A stretch of 63,713 nt of DNA, counting the filler, from Octopus bimaculoides (taxonomy: Eukaryota), in assembly GCF_001194135.2 (NCBI RefSeq). It is 4 parts of 4 records of this genome, joined end to end, with 100 filler letters (N's around TTAATTAATTAA, not from the genome) between each part and the next. Parts side by side here need not be neighbours in the genome. Positions count along the whole stretch, not along the records: positions 28,168 to 59,019 come from NC_068984.1; positions 59,120 to 62,471 come from NW_026358645.1; positions 62,572 to 63,713 come from NW_026375710.1; 1 more part is not named here. The stretch is one strand, 5' to 3'. Positions 51,311-63,713 of the stretch are shown here, piece after piece; position 1 is the first letter of the stretch, and every line of letters begins with the position of its first letter. A program made the position numbers and the translations under genes. Below the pieces are notes generated by a model. It was not told the origin of the DNA. It was given only the letters and a program-made list of their open reading frames with translations, and made no database searches.

Positions 51311-52565
51311 TACAACAATAACAACTACAACCTGAACAGCACCAGCGACGACGATATCATCATCATAATCGTCATCATTATCGTCATCATCATCATCAGC
51401 AATAACAACAATAACAATAACAACAGTCTCAAAAACATCACCGTTGATATTGAAAATGGTGGCATCAACAGCAAGAAAGACTGTAATTGTGACATGGATA
51501 AAAAAAAAAAAGACAAACTAAATACAATAAAAATAAAGTAATAGTTACAAATGTCTATTACTATTACTATTCAGCTTAGACTCCATACAATTATTCTAAT
51601 CATCATACATCCATTAACGTTTAGGTTTAATGTCACAGCAATTTCAGCGCTAGATCTCTTCCCGACATGCAGTGTGTTGACACTCAGCAGTGGTCTCAGG
51701 ACAAACTAATCGCTGCTGTTGTTCTTCATCTTGTTGTTGTGGTTTCCTCGGTAGAAGTTCAATGTTACAATACGAATGGAATTGTTAGAATGGCTTCGAA
51801 TGGAATTGACTTTGGGTTTTTGATTGTTTGTTCGTTTGTCTGTTTGTTTTTTGTTTCTTTTTAACTTCTATGATAAACTTGGATACGGNNNNNNNNNNNN
51901 NNNNNNNNNNNNNNNNNNNNNNNNNNNNNNNNNNNNNNNNNNNNNNNNNNNNNNNNNNNNNNNNNNNNNNNNNNNNNNNNNNNNNNNNNNNNNNNNNNNN
52001 NNNNNNNNNNNNNNNNNNNNNNNNNNNNNNNNNNNNNNNNNNNNNNNNNNNNNNNNNNNNNNNNNNNNNNNNNNNNNNNNNNNNNNNNNNNNNNNNNNNN
52101 NNNNNNNNNNNNNNNNNNNNNNNNNNNNNNNNNNNNNNNNNNNNNNNNNNNNNNNNNNNNNNNNNNNNNNNNNNNNNNNNNNNNNNNNNNNNNNNNNNNN
52201 NNNNNNNNNNNNNNNNNNNNNNNNNNNNNNNNNNNNNNNNNNNNNNNNNNNNNNNNNNNNNNNNNNNNNNNNNNNNNNNNNNNNNNNNNNNNNNNNNNNN
52301 NNNNNNNNNNNNNNNNNNNNNNNNNNNNNNNNNNNNNNNNNNNNNNNNNNNNNNNNNNNNNNNNNNNNNNNNNNNNNNNNNNNNNNNNNNNNNNNNNNNN
52401 NNNNNNNNNNNNNNNNNNNNNNNNNAGGAGGAAGAGGAAGAAGAGGCATATCATGGCCATCATCATCATCGTCCACGCTCTATGTTTCATTATCACTATT
52501 CCTTTTACTCGCTCTCGTTTTCTCTCTCATATACACAAGTCCACATAAATGCACACACACACGCA

Positions 52566-52608
<43 letters not shown>

Positions 52609-52962
52609 AATACACGGAGTACAAAGGCACACATCGCTCTACGCACGCACATAAACTTGTTACTCACACTCATACACACACGCGCTCTTATGCATAAGCA
52701 TACACACGCTCACATAATCTTCATACTCCAACACGTGCTTTCCCCCACACACATACATACGCGCTCGCCTATACACACACATATATATGCACGCATGTTT
52801 GCGCGCCCACACACTTTGGCCAGGTCACTGTTGTCCCACTTGCCACTCATATCTCCAACCATCTTTCCTTCCAGTCAATTCAACATGTGCAGCCGTTAAC
52901 CCAGGCACGTATATTTTCTCAACGTTGTTTCCTCTCTCTCCATTTGTTTTCGCTCCTCGTTC

Positions 52963-52998
52963 CTTTCTGTAGAAGAGCATAGGTTCGAAACGTCAATG
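52963..52998 (+). ncRNA. Minimal hammerhead-like motif, core CUGUAGA
   Basis: CTTT-CTGTAGA-A-GAGC-ATAG-GTTC-GAAA-CGTC-AATG; same family as 176-211. Confidence 0.5.
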
Positions 52999-53550
52999 AC
53001 TTCTTCCATTTTTCATGAGCATCAAATCGCCTTATTTGTTGTTCTCCACCTTTCTCTGTCTTTTGATTTTTTACATAATTTTGAACAATATAAATATATA
53101 TATATATATGGTGTTTTCTTTCAACGACTATACGTGTTTGGCCAAGAGTATAACATTTCGTCTCTCCAGGATATTGAAGGAGAACTTGTGACTACGTATT
53201 TGGCCATATATATATATATATATATATANNNNNNNNNNNNNNNNNNNNNNNNNNNNNNNNNNNNNNNNNNNNNNNNNNNNNNNNNNNNNNNNNNNNNNNN
53301 NNNNNNNNNNNNNNNNNNNNNNNNNNNNNNNNNNNNNNNNNNNNNNNNNNNNNNNNNNNNNNNNNNNNNNNNNNNNNNNNNNNNNNNNNNNNNNNNNNNN
53401 NNNNNNNNNNNNNNNNNNNNNNNNNNNNNNNNNNNNNNNNNNNNNNNNNNNNNNNNNNNNNNNNNNNNNNNNNNNNNNNNNNNNNNNNNNNNNNNNNNNN
53501 NNNNNNNNNNNNNNNNNNNNNNNNNNNNNNNNNNNNNNNNNNNNNNNNNN

Positions 53551-53589
<39 letters not shown>

Positions 53590-53592
<3 letters not shown>

Positions 53593-54270
53593 GCGCGCGC
53601 AACAAGTAGGGGTCCTCCTTCAATATCCCGGAGAGACGAAATGTCGCACCCTTGGCCAAACACATCGTTGCAAAAAAGCGCCATGGCATACAACATGAAG
53701 TGGAAGATCTTAAAGACTTGCAAAACTTACTTCAATAGCATCCGAAAGTGTAGAATATGTTTAGCAGACAAAAGTACTACATCAAAAAACTCTCAGCACC
53801 CAAACATCTACCTAAACTGCAGAAGCGAAATTTTTAGTCCTTGCTCATATGAAAGGAAGTATATTTTATCATACCTAAGCGCCTCATCGTGACTATAAGC
53901 ATCAGTTCTTCACCTTCGGCTCTTGCACCACTAACACACAAAAACCCGGCAAAGGTTTTAACCAAAACATACACAAAGAATCTCACAAACGCATACGCTC
54001 CCTAACATGGTGGGACATACACCCACTCCCTTTTTCCACTACCTTAATGTCAACCTACACATATATAATACCCCTATACGCATTTCATACCTGCACAAAT
54101 ACTCCAAAGAATTTAACTAAATATAAATAAAACACAGACAGACAAATACATAGACGCTTATGTGACCTTTGGATTCGTAAGTGCCTAAGTTAACGAACAC
54201 CTGAATGTCACAGACTGGGCGAGACAACTTGCCTCGGCATCACTGAGAATGGTAGATACCGAGAAAAGAT
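53590..54270 (+). pseudogene. Penelope-like element 3' end (GIY-YIG C-terminal region and UTR)
   Basis: SFNIPERRN..LAKHI..(frameshift)..YNMKWKILK..Y....KCRICLADK......YLNCRSEIFSPC; a diverged inverted partial copy lies at ~53120-53190. Confidence 0.8.
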
Positions 54271-55204
54271 TATGAGTTTGCATTTGAGAGCAGTAGTATG
54301 AAACAGTAGTAATTTTCATTCTTTGTATACAATAACTTATATAATTTCATGTTACATGATTTGACGTAAGAGACATTTAATATGCGTGTGTGTAAAGACA
54401 CATACACACTCACACAGACTAAGATACACACACAGATACATATATACATACATACATACATACATACGTACATACATACATACATACATACATACATACA
54501 TACATACATAGATGGTAATCGTAAACTAACAAGCCCAAGTGGTTTTACTTCCGGTCTATTTACTTGATGTCATTGAACATAGTGAAACAATACGCCTAAG
54601 TACAATTCTTATATTGGAATTCTACTATTCTTTTTATGGAGTTGTACTGTTTAGCCCTGCCACTGGCGATATAAAGAAAACAAGTGCTACGCCACTTCAT
54701 TAGTCTCTGGAGTATATAATATGATGTTTTGATACTTAACCAAAGTAGTTTCCTAATCTTAGGTTTCCTTCGGTCAACGCTACCTGATTTAATGCACCAA
54801 TAAATGAGTTAACGCTGTATCGGATTCAAATCTCCGACTCCCTGTCATTTAAATATTATATTTATTTATTTTATATTGTATGTATGTGTGTGTGTATGTG
54901 TTTTAAGAATGATAATAACGAAAGGTATTATATGTTACCAAACAACCAATGAATTTTCTTACTTCATTTGTTATCTGATATTCAGAAACACAGTAGAAAT
55001 TTTGCTTTGAAAGAAACTAACATTGAAGTGCAATAAATAAGTAATACAATGGATAAAAATAGAAAATATTTAAATATAAAATATAAAGAAAAGAGGTTCG
55101 AATCTACTTTTTTCATTCATGTGGTCTATAGAGCCTTTTATTTTGTTATTTTATTTAAATATCATATGGACACAAACATATACACACATCAATGGTGATA
55201 GTGG

Positions 55205-55515
55205 ATCTCCATCTGTCGACGAGAAGGATTCAGATGTTCGGACAACTGGATAACTTTCTTCTCAATTAACGTGTGAGTGACTGATCATTCTATAAACACG
55301 TGTACACTTAAAGTAGTTTTCAGGCAGAATCAGTGTGACATAATGTGTGACAAAACTGCACTTAATGAATTAGAGGTACGTTTCATCCGGCTGGCTTCTT
55401 TACAGTTTCCCTCTGTTCAATTTCACTCTCACAGAGTATGAGTGAACCTGAGGCTATTGAAAATTACATTTGCCCCAGGCCACATGCAAAGTGAACTTCT
55501 CAAGCATACGGCCAA
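55205..55515 (-). mobile_element. Old SINE with a family-A-like head and a 3' part like the 50.3 kb SINE
   Basis: Minus-strand gaagttcactttg..ggggcaaatg..agcctcagg..ggaaactgtaaagaagcc, then tgtcacactg..aactactttaagtgtacacgtgt, similar to ~50530-50670. Confidence 0.5.
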
Positions 55516-55533
55516 ACTGCGCCAGCATATACA

Positions 55534-55567
<34 letters not shown>

Positions 55568-56093
55568 CATACATATATAATACATAAATACATAACTACA
55601 TCGTACATACTTACATGCATACATATATACATACATAACTACATACGTGCATACGTACATACATACATACATACATATCTACATACATGCATACATATGT
55701 ATATACATACATACATAAATACATACATACATACATACATACATACATACATACATGGTGGAAGCCAACTCGTGAGCGAGTAAGACCACTTCCAAAACTT
55801 AGGAAGTCCGTAGAAACGTTCCAAAAGTTCAAGAAGTTACGGTTTTCACTGAATAAAGTGTCGCACAGCAATGAATTCACTTTTCAGAACAATCAGTTAT
55901 GGAACCAGTGGCACATCAGAAGTTGAGACAACCAGAAACCTAATAGACTTCAGGTTTTTTTGTACGAGTTTACCTTCTAGAAGAAAGTTTTAATGAAAAC
56001 AAGGAGTTCTTCATTCTCAGTGATTCACATGCTAATTAGCTCATAGCTGGAACCCTACCGCTACTAGAACGAGTATATATATATATATATATA

Positions 56094-56368
56094 GATTCAG
56101 ATGAACATGGTACTTAAGTTGAGGGCACCAGAATTTAGTACGGTATTATCCATACAATTTCAAAATAAGGTGATTAAAATCAAAATAAGCAACAAGGATA
56201 TCCAGAAGTAATGCAATACGATCGTTTCAAGCAACTCCGTTTAATTGAACAATGCAACCATTACATCAAATTAAATGCAGATCAATCCTCAGCATTGTTC
56301 AATTAAAAGGAGTTGCTTGAAACGATCGTACTGCATTACCTCTGGATATCCTTGTTGCTTATTTTGAT
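56094..56368. mobile_element. Hairpin element between (TA)n tracts: unique segment plus 77-bp inverted arms
   Basis: Arms 56179-56255 and 56292-56368, three mismatches, 36-nt spacer; relative at 22644-22845. Confidence 0.88.
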
Positions 56369-56476
56369 ATATATATATATATATATAGTTGGAATTTACA
56401 GAAAAACAAAAGACGAAGACAGGTGTATAACCAACAAACAGGTGTATTAGTTTAATGCTCGGGAAGGTTAGAAAGT

Positions 56477-56512
56477 CTTTTACATTTCGAGCCTACGCAC
56501 TTCAACCGAAAG
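56477..56512 (-). ncRNA. Degenerate hammerhead-like motif of the same family
   Basis: Minus strand CTTT-CGGTTGA-A-GTGC-GTAG-GCTC-GAAA-TGTA-AAAG, followed by the family tail ending in (TA)n. Confidence 0.4.
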
Positions 56513-56909
56513 GAACAGTAAAGTCTATTTGCCAGCACAATGTGGCAGTCTTACGCAGGATGATGTTACTTCTTTTTGGCCAAAATTTTGGCTGATAAGA
56601 AATGAGGCACCTATTTGGCGCTAAATTTCGAAACTGGTGCCAAGTTGACCAGCATTTACTTGTTCTGACCCAGTAGAGGTAAGACGTTATCATTGTTCAC
56701 TGATATATTTTCCTATCATGTATGTAATGGATTTGTGACAAATCGGTGGTACAGAAATATTTTTTTACTTCTATTTTTAGCGATGTAGGTACTCATGTAG
56801 TGCCCTTGTGTATATATGTACATATCTAATATTGTATGTATATATTTTATTAGTTTGCCTGTACGGCTGATAATTCGCTTGCCACTCGTGATGGTATTTT
56901 AATAATACC

Positions 56910-56941
<32 letters not shown>

Positions 56942-57606
56942 NNNNNNNNNNNNNNNNNNNNNNNNNNNNNNNNNNNNNNNNNNNNNNNNNNNNNNNNNNN
57001 NNNNNNNNNNNNNNNNNNNNNNNNNNNNNNNNNNNNNNNNNNNNNNNNNNNNNNNNNNNNNNNNNNNNNNNNNNNNNNNNNNNNNNNNNNNNNNNNNNNN
57101 NNNNNNNNNNNNNNNNNNNNNNNNNNNNNNNNNNNNNNNNNNNNNNNNNNNNNNNNNNNNNNNNNNNNNNNNNNNNNNNNNNNNNNNNNNNNNNNNNNNN
57201 NNNNNNNNNNNNNNNNNNNNNNNNNNNNNNNNNNNNNNNNNNNNNNNNNNNNNNNNNNNNNNNNNNNNNNNNNNNNNNNNNNNNNNNNNNNNNNNNNNNN
57301 NNNNNNNNNNNNNNNNNNNNNNNNNNNNNNNNNNNNNNNNNNNNNNNNNNNNNNNNNNNNNNNNNNNNNNNNNNNNNNNNNNNNNNNNNNNNNNNNNNNN
57401 NNNNNNNNNNNNNNNNNNNNNNNNNNNNNNNNNNNNNNNNNNNNNNNNNNNNNNNNNNNNNNNNNNNNNNNNNNNNNNNNNNNNNNNNNNNNNNNNNNNN
57501 NNNNNNNNNNNNNNNNNNNNNNNNNNNNNNNNNNNNNNNNNNNNNNNNNNNNNNNNNNNNNNNNNNNNNNNNNNNNNNNNNNNNNNNNNNNNNNNNNNNN
57601 NNNNNN

Positions 57607-57655
<49 letters not shown>

Positions 57656-57762
57656 GCACGCACGCACGCACGCACGCACGTACGTATGTATGTATGTATG
57701 TATGTATGTATGTATGTATGTATGCATGTATATGTGTGTATATGTATGTATATGTATATATA

Positions 57763-58993
57763 TTGGCTCATCACATAAATAATACGGTTTTTTATACTTC
57801 TTTTATTTTTCAAAATTAAGATAAAGCTTTTTTTTAAATTTAAAATACACTCTTCTTCATTTTCTACAATGCTCTTCCATCTATCTGGTAGACTTGCAAG
57901 GCCCCTCTTATCCATGACGAAAAATACTCCTCCAGTACTGTTCTGACTTCGTCTACAGAATTCATAATTTTTCCGTCCAAATGATTTTACAGACAGCGGA
58001 CTAAATGATAATAAATGATGGGGCAATGTCCAGCAAATATGGTGGGTGGGGCATCGTTTCCCATTCAAACAGCCCCAACCTTTGGAATGTCATCCTCGCT
58101 TGATGTGGTCGAGCATTATCTTGATGGAAGAACTCTTTTCGTCTTGAAACCAATGTTGGTTGTTTTTCTTCTACCGCTGGCTTAAGCCGTTCAAGCTGCT
58201 CGCAGTAGATCTTTGTTATCGTTTGGTTTGGATTTAAAAGTTTAAAGTGAACTAAACCTTTCATATCCCAACAAACAGATAACAACACCTTAAGTTGGTG
58301 AAGACCTTCTTTAGCTTGGAGTGCCGGTGTTCCTCCTTTCACTACCCACTTTCTTTGGCGCTTGACATTTTTATAGAGAACACATTTCTTGTCACCAGTC
58401 ACTATTTGGTCCCAAAAAGGTTCATTCATGAGACGTGACAGCAAAGAAGAGTACACATTAACTCTCCAAGTGCGATTAAACTTGAAAAGTTTGTGAGGAA
58501 CCTATTGACCCAATTTGCTGACTTTTCCGATGGTATGCAGGTGTCGATGAATGGTTGAATGACAAAATCCAAGATTCTCTGCTAGTTCCTTAACAGTTAC
58601 GATGGGATTTTGTTCCATCAAGGTTTGCAGGACGTTTTCGTCGAGCTCTATAGATATTTCAGGACGAGGCTTATCTTCTAGGCTGTAGTTTCCAGCTCAG
58701 AATTTCTGGAACCACCGTTGACACTGGCTTACGCTTATTGTCCAATCCCCATATACTGCATTAATATTCCTCGCACTTTCCGTTGCGTTGTTACCTTTAT
58801 TGAACTCATAAAGCAAAATATTCCGAATATGCTTCTTTGTCACCTCTATTATAGAAATGAAAAAAAATATATAACTATTAAAATCGAACTGCACCCTTCA
58901 AAACGTACAAGTTGATGCAGGCAGTTTATCCCGTCCGACTCCTACTTCTAGTTCTTGCAGTTGAAAAAACCGCATTATTTATGGATGACCCAA
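57763..58993 (-). mobile_element. Near full-length mariner (DD34D) with ~30-bp TIRs and TA TSD; transposase pseudogene
   Basis: TIR ttgg(g/c)tcat..cataaataat(g/a)cggttttt flanked by TA; peptides HIRNILLYEFNKGNNA, IVTGDK, HQDNARPH, PPY..DIAPS. Start codon reads ATA; stops and frameshifts present. Confidence 0.92.
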
Positions 58994-59413
58994 TACTTGT
59001 GTGGTTGTGTGTATATATANNNNNNNNNNNNNNNNNNNNNNNNNNNNNNNNNNNNNNNNNNNNTTAATTAATTAANNNNNNNNNNNNNNNNNNNNNNNNN
59101 NNNNNNNNNNNNNNNNNNNTTTATATATATGTGTGTAACATATATATATATAGAATTACATTTGTGAGTGTATCTATCCACCTGTCTCTCTGTCACTCTG
59201 TATCTCTCAGTCTCTCTATCTATCTATCTGTCTGTGCGTCTACCTATTTATCTATCTATCTATGTGTCTGTCTGTCTACCTAACTATCTATCTATCTACC
59301 TGTCTATCTATCTATCTATTTACCTATCTATCTGTCTATCTATCTATCTGTTTATCTGTATCTATTTATCTATCTATCTATTTATCTACCTGGTCTATCT
59401 ATCTCTCTCTCTA

Positions 59414-59463
<50 letters not shown>

Positions 59464-60638
59464 CATGCATATGAAAAGTAAATGTAAGATATTACAAGAA
59501 ACGTGAAAGGGGGAGGGGAAAAAGTAGATTTACTTTAATGAAATAAAGAACGAAACCAAACGGAAAAGAAAAGGAAACCAAAAATTCAAAGAGAATAAGA
59601 AGAAACAAATTTAGTCTTAACGAATAAAACGAATGTAAATAAACGATGAAAAAAAAAAACCCCCAACAAAACATAACAAAAAGAAACATAATAGGAGAAT
59701 GATGATAGGCAATGATGGTGGTGGTGGTGGTGGTGGTGGTCATAATGGGGATGATGATGATGAGGAGGAGGAGGAGGNNNNNNNNNNNNNNNNNNNNNNN
59801 NNNNNNNNNNNNNNNNNNNNNNNNNNNNNNNNNNNNNNNNNNNNNNNNNNNNNNNNNNNNNNNNNNNNNNNNNNNNNNNNNNNNNNNNNNNNNNNNNNNN
59901 NNNNNNNNNNNNNNNNNNNNNNNNNNNNNNNNNNNNNNNNNNNNNNNNNNNNNNNNNNNNNNNNNNNNNNNNNNNNNNNNNNNNNNNNNNNNNNNNNNNN
60001 NNNNNNNNNNNNNNNNNNNNNNNNNNNNNNNNNNNNNNNNNNNNNNNNNNNNNNNNNNNNNNNNNNNNNNNNNNNNNNNNNNNNNNNNNNNNNNNNNNNN
60101 NNNNNNNNNNNNNNNNNNNNNNNNNNNNNNNNNNNNNNNNNNNNNNNNNNNNNNNNNNNNNNNNNNNNNNNNNNNNNNNNNNNNNNNNNNNNNNNNNNNN
60201 NNNNNNNNNNNNNNNNNNNNNNNNNNNNNNNNNNNNNNNNNNNNNNNNNNNNNNNNNNNNNNNNNNNNNNNNNNNNNNNNNNNNNNNNNNNNNNNNNNNN
60301 NNNNNNNNNNNNNNNNNNNNNNNNNNNNNNNNNNNNNNNNNNNNNNNNNNNNNNNNNNNNNNNNNNNNNNNNNNNNNNNNNNNNNNNNNNNNNNNNNNNN
60401 NNNNNNNNNNNNNNNNNNNNNNNNNNNNNNNNNNNNNNNNNNNNNNNNNNNNNNNNNNNNNNNNCATACATTCGCACACATACATCCAACACAGTCAAAC
60501 ACACGCACCGCACATGCACACACACACACACACACATAATTTAGCAATAAGAAGACCCCACAACAATCGTCGTCGTTGCCACCACCACCACCACCTTCAT
60601 CATCCTCATCATCATCTGCAACAACATCATTGCCGTCG

Positions 60639-60675
<37 letters not shown>

Positions 60676-61114
60676 TAGAAGTAGTTACACCACCACCAAC
60701 ACCATCATCATCATCATCATCATTTCCACAACAAACACAAACGCACTGGCCACTGCCATCATTCTCTGCTTAATCATCATAATCTTCCTCACTCGTCACT
60801 CATCACTCGCAATCATAATCGTCAGCTCAGCTCAGCTCACACCCCCACCCGCCACCACCACCAACACTACATAAACAACGACCTCCACCACCACCACCAC
60901 CCCACTTGCACTACAGCTTCTACGACTGACTCTGTTACTTTAAACAACAACAACAACAACAACACTACACAAACATTGACTCCTGAATATTGATAATGCT
61001 AATACGACTAATATTACTTATACATCAATCTTCAATACCGAGTATCGCATAGAAATTGCGACCCTTTCATTACTGCAGCCCCTACCATATTTTCTCTACC
61101 ATCTCTAATTCTAT

Positions 61115-61275
61115 GGCCTGGCTGTGTGGTAAGTAGCTTGCTTCCCAACCACATAATTCTGGGTTCAGTTTCACTGCATGGCACCTTGGGCATGTGTCTT
61201 CTACTATAGTCTCGGGCCGAACAAAGCCTTGTGAGTGGATTTGGTAGACGGAAACTGAAAGAAGCCCATCGTATA
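61115..61275 (+). mobile_element. SINE family A, 5' half
   Basis: ggctgtgtggtaagtagcttgcttcccaaccac...ggcaccttgggcatgtgtcttc...ggaaactgaaagaagccc then (TA)n. Confidence 0.85.
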
Positions 61276-63244
61276 TATATATATATATAGATATATATAT
61301 ATATAGATATATATGTATATAATTTTCAGAATGAGATAAAAATCCAAAGCTGTGAAAGATTTCAGAACATTTATAAATAGGTCTTACAGCTGTTTCAGGG
61401 GTTTATATTTTATATATCTTTTCTCACACCGTTTCCAGTGAAGGGATACATATATATACATACATACATGTATACATGTATACACAAACTCACATATATN
61501 NNNNNNNNNNNNNNNNNNNNNNNNNNNNNNNNNNNNNNNNNNNNNNNNNNNNNNNNNNNNNNNNNNNNNNNNNNNNNNNNNNNNNNNNNNNNNNNNNNNN
61601 NNNNNNNNNNNNNNNNNNNNNNNNNNNNNNNNNNNNNNNNNNNNNNNNNNNNNNNNNNNNNNNNNNNNNNNNNNNNNNNNNNNNNNNNNNNNNNNNNNNN
61701 NNNNNNNNNNNNNNNNNNNNNNNNNNNNNNNNNNNNNNNNNNNNNNNNNNNNNNNNNNNNNNNNNNNNNNNNNNNNNNNNNNNNNNNNNNNNNNNNNNNN
61801 NNNNNNNNNNNNNNNNNNNNNNNNNNNNNNNNNNNNNNNNNNNNNNNNNNNNNNNNNNNNNNNNNNNNNNNNNNNNNNNNNNNNNNNNNNNNNNNNNNNN
61901 NNNNNNNNNNNNNNNNNNNNNNNNNNNNNNNNNNNNNNNNNNNNNNNNNNNNNNNNNNNNNNNNNNNNNNNNNNNNNNNNNNNNNNNNNNNNNNNNNNNN
62001 NNNNNNNNNNNNNNNNNNNNNNNNNNNNNNNNNNNNNNNNNNNNNNNNNNNNNNNNNNNNNNNNNNNNNNNNNNNNNNNNNNNNNNNNNNNNNNNNNNNN
62101 NNNNNNNNNNNNNNNNNNNNNNNNNNNNNNNNNNNNNNNNNNNNNNNGAATAAAAACAGGCTAAGCAAAATCGGCGTAACAACCACAGCAGTAACAATTG
62201 CTCTTACTACGAGAACTGTAGCCTCAACCTCCATCAACAAAAGGCAGACACGTAAACAAACAGCGATGAGGGTGATTAGAGAAGTATAGGTGTTGGTATG
62301 GGTGTGGTGTGGTGTTGCTGAGGTGATGGTAGTAACAGATGGAGAAGTGGGCGGGAGTGTGGGTGGATGAGTGGCTGGTTGGTTGGGTGGATGGTGGTGA
62401 CAGTGCTGGAGGTAGTTGTGGTGGTGGAAATTCTGCTGGTGGTGGTGGTGATGGTTTGTTGGTTGTTGTTGNNNNNNNNNNNNNNNNNNNNNNNNNNNNN
62501 NNNNNNNNNNNNNNNTTAATTAATTAANNNNNNNNNNNNNNNNNNNNNNNNNNNNNNNNNNNNNNNNNNNNTATATATATATATATATAGTGACTTTCTC
62601 ACTTTCTCACTAACGTTGAGGTCCTTGAGGAGGCAAAGATTACTAGGATTGAGGATCATCACGTTTCTGCCAGCTCACCGCCTTAATGTCCATTCCCCAA
62701 TCTGGCATGGTTTGGCTTGTTTGATCCTGGTAAGGCCAGGATCTACACCAAGTCTGTAGGCTATTCTGGCAGGCTTTCTACAGCTGGATGCCCTTCATAA
62801 CACCACGTAGTTCACAGTTTGTACCAGGTAGTTATTATGTGACATCAGCACCAAATCTTTTTTCTGTGGCGCCAGGTACCACTGACAAAAAAATCCTATT
62901 TTTATAATTGAATATTATGAGGGATTATCTTAAAAAAAGGTTTAGATGATTTGTATATTGCAGAAACAACCGATTTAGTGCCCTAAATTTTAACAAAATC
63001 TTATGTGCCCCCACTAAAGGGTCGTTGCTGACCCCTGCTGAAAACCACTGCCCTAACACATGCTAAATTAGGGGGAAATGGATGTAAAAATGAAAGACTG
63101 ATTTAAAGAATGTGTTGCTTGTTTCAGTGTTAATGAGTGAACGAAAATAATTGGTGTATCATGCAGGTGATATTTTGTAATTATATAATTAAGCAATTAA
63201 CTTTGATGACATTAATTCCATGTTAGTGTAACTTTTTTTTTTTA

Positions 63245-63713
63245 TATATTTAGCCCTAGTACAGGTGACCTGACCTGAGATTTCCAGCTGTGAATATCCT
63301 ATCTGTTATTTAGACATAGTCTATCTAGGACTACATTATTCAATGTGTTGTTGTTATTGTTTAGCCCCAGGTCAGTCCTGATCCAGTAGACCTGTGATCA
63401 AAGACATTCCAACTATGACCATCCTGTCTTTTATTCAGACATAGTGTATCTAGGACTACATTATTGAACATGTCCTTTCTTGTTTAGCCCCAGGTCAGTC
63501 CTCATGTAGGAGACTTTGATATTCCAGATGTGACCATCCAGCATTTTATTCAGACATAGTGTATCTAGGACTACATTATCTAATGTGTCCTTCCTTGTTA
63601 ATGCTGTTTAGCCCTAGGTCAGTCCTGATCCAGACTAACCTATGATCAAAGATGTTCCAGCTTTGACCATCCTGTCTTTTATTCAGACATAGTGTATCTA
63701 GGACTACATTATC
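63245..63713 (-). repeat. Tandem array (~117-131 bp unit, about four copies) derived from the SINE family D 3' end
   Basis: ttattcagacatagtgtatctaggactacattat recurs near 63306, 63430, 63547 and 63678; the unit matches 16865-16990 and 37400-37515. Confidence 0.85.

Larger units (their letters stand above)
1..63713. repeat. Very high microsatellite density
   Basis: Dozens of (TA)n, (CA)n, (TACA)n, (GATA)n, (CAT)n, (TAA)n and (CAA)n tracts; most N gaps are bounded by them. Confidence 0.98.

Noticed and set aside
3211-62527. Long ORFs rich in YI, HT, CV, poly-X or poly-N/M/H
   Set aside because: They are translations of microsatellites and N gaps.
62990-63052. hAT-like terminus ...ctgaaaaccactg
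   Set aside because: No matching opposite TIR or TSD found.
63245-63713. CRISPR-like repeat-spacer array
   Set aside because: The intervening sequences are homologous to each other, the context is eukaryotic and there are no cas genes.

Overview
AT-rich eukaryotic draft-assembly sequence with many N gaps and dense (TA)n, (CA)n, (TACA)n, (GATA)n, (CAT)n and (TAA)n microsatellites. The SINE and LINE repertoire resembles an octopus/cephalopod genome; this is inference from sequence character only. I recognise no host protein-coding gene, and almost all ORF-track entries are microsatellite or N-run artefacts. DNA transposons: decayed DD37D (maT-type) and DD34D mariner elements and a hAT MITE. 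Retroelements: a 5'-truncated Gypsy with a nested 8-bp-TSD foldback element, R4/Dong-like, HERO-like, RTE and Tx1/L1 LINE fragments, a Penelope 3' end, and several SINE families. The most interesting signal is a set of small type I hammerhead-ribozyme folds. Four are related ~200-bp elements beside (TA)n tracts with stem I covariation, three of them carrying U instead of A at core position 6; a fifth, unrelated one at 38.1 kb has a long extended stem. Also notable: two long near-perfect DNA hairpins bounded by (TA)n, a foldback element with a telomere-repeat core, and a tandem array built from a SINE 3' end.
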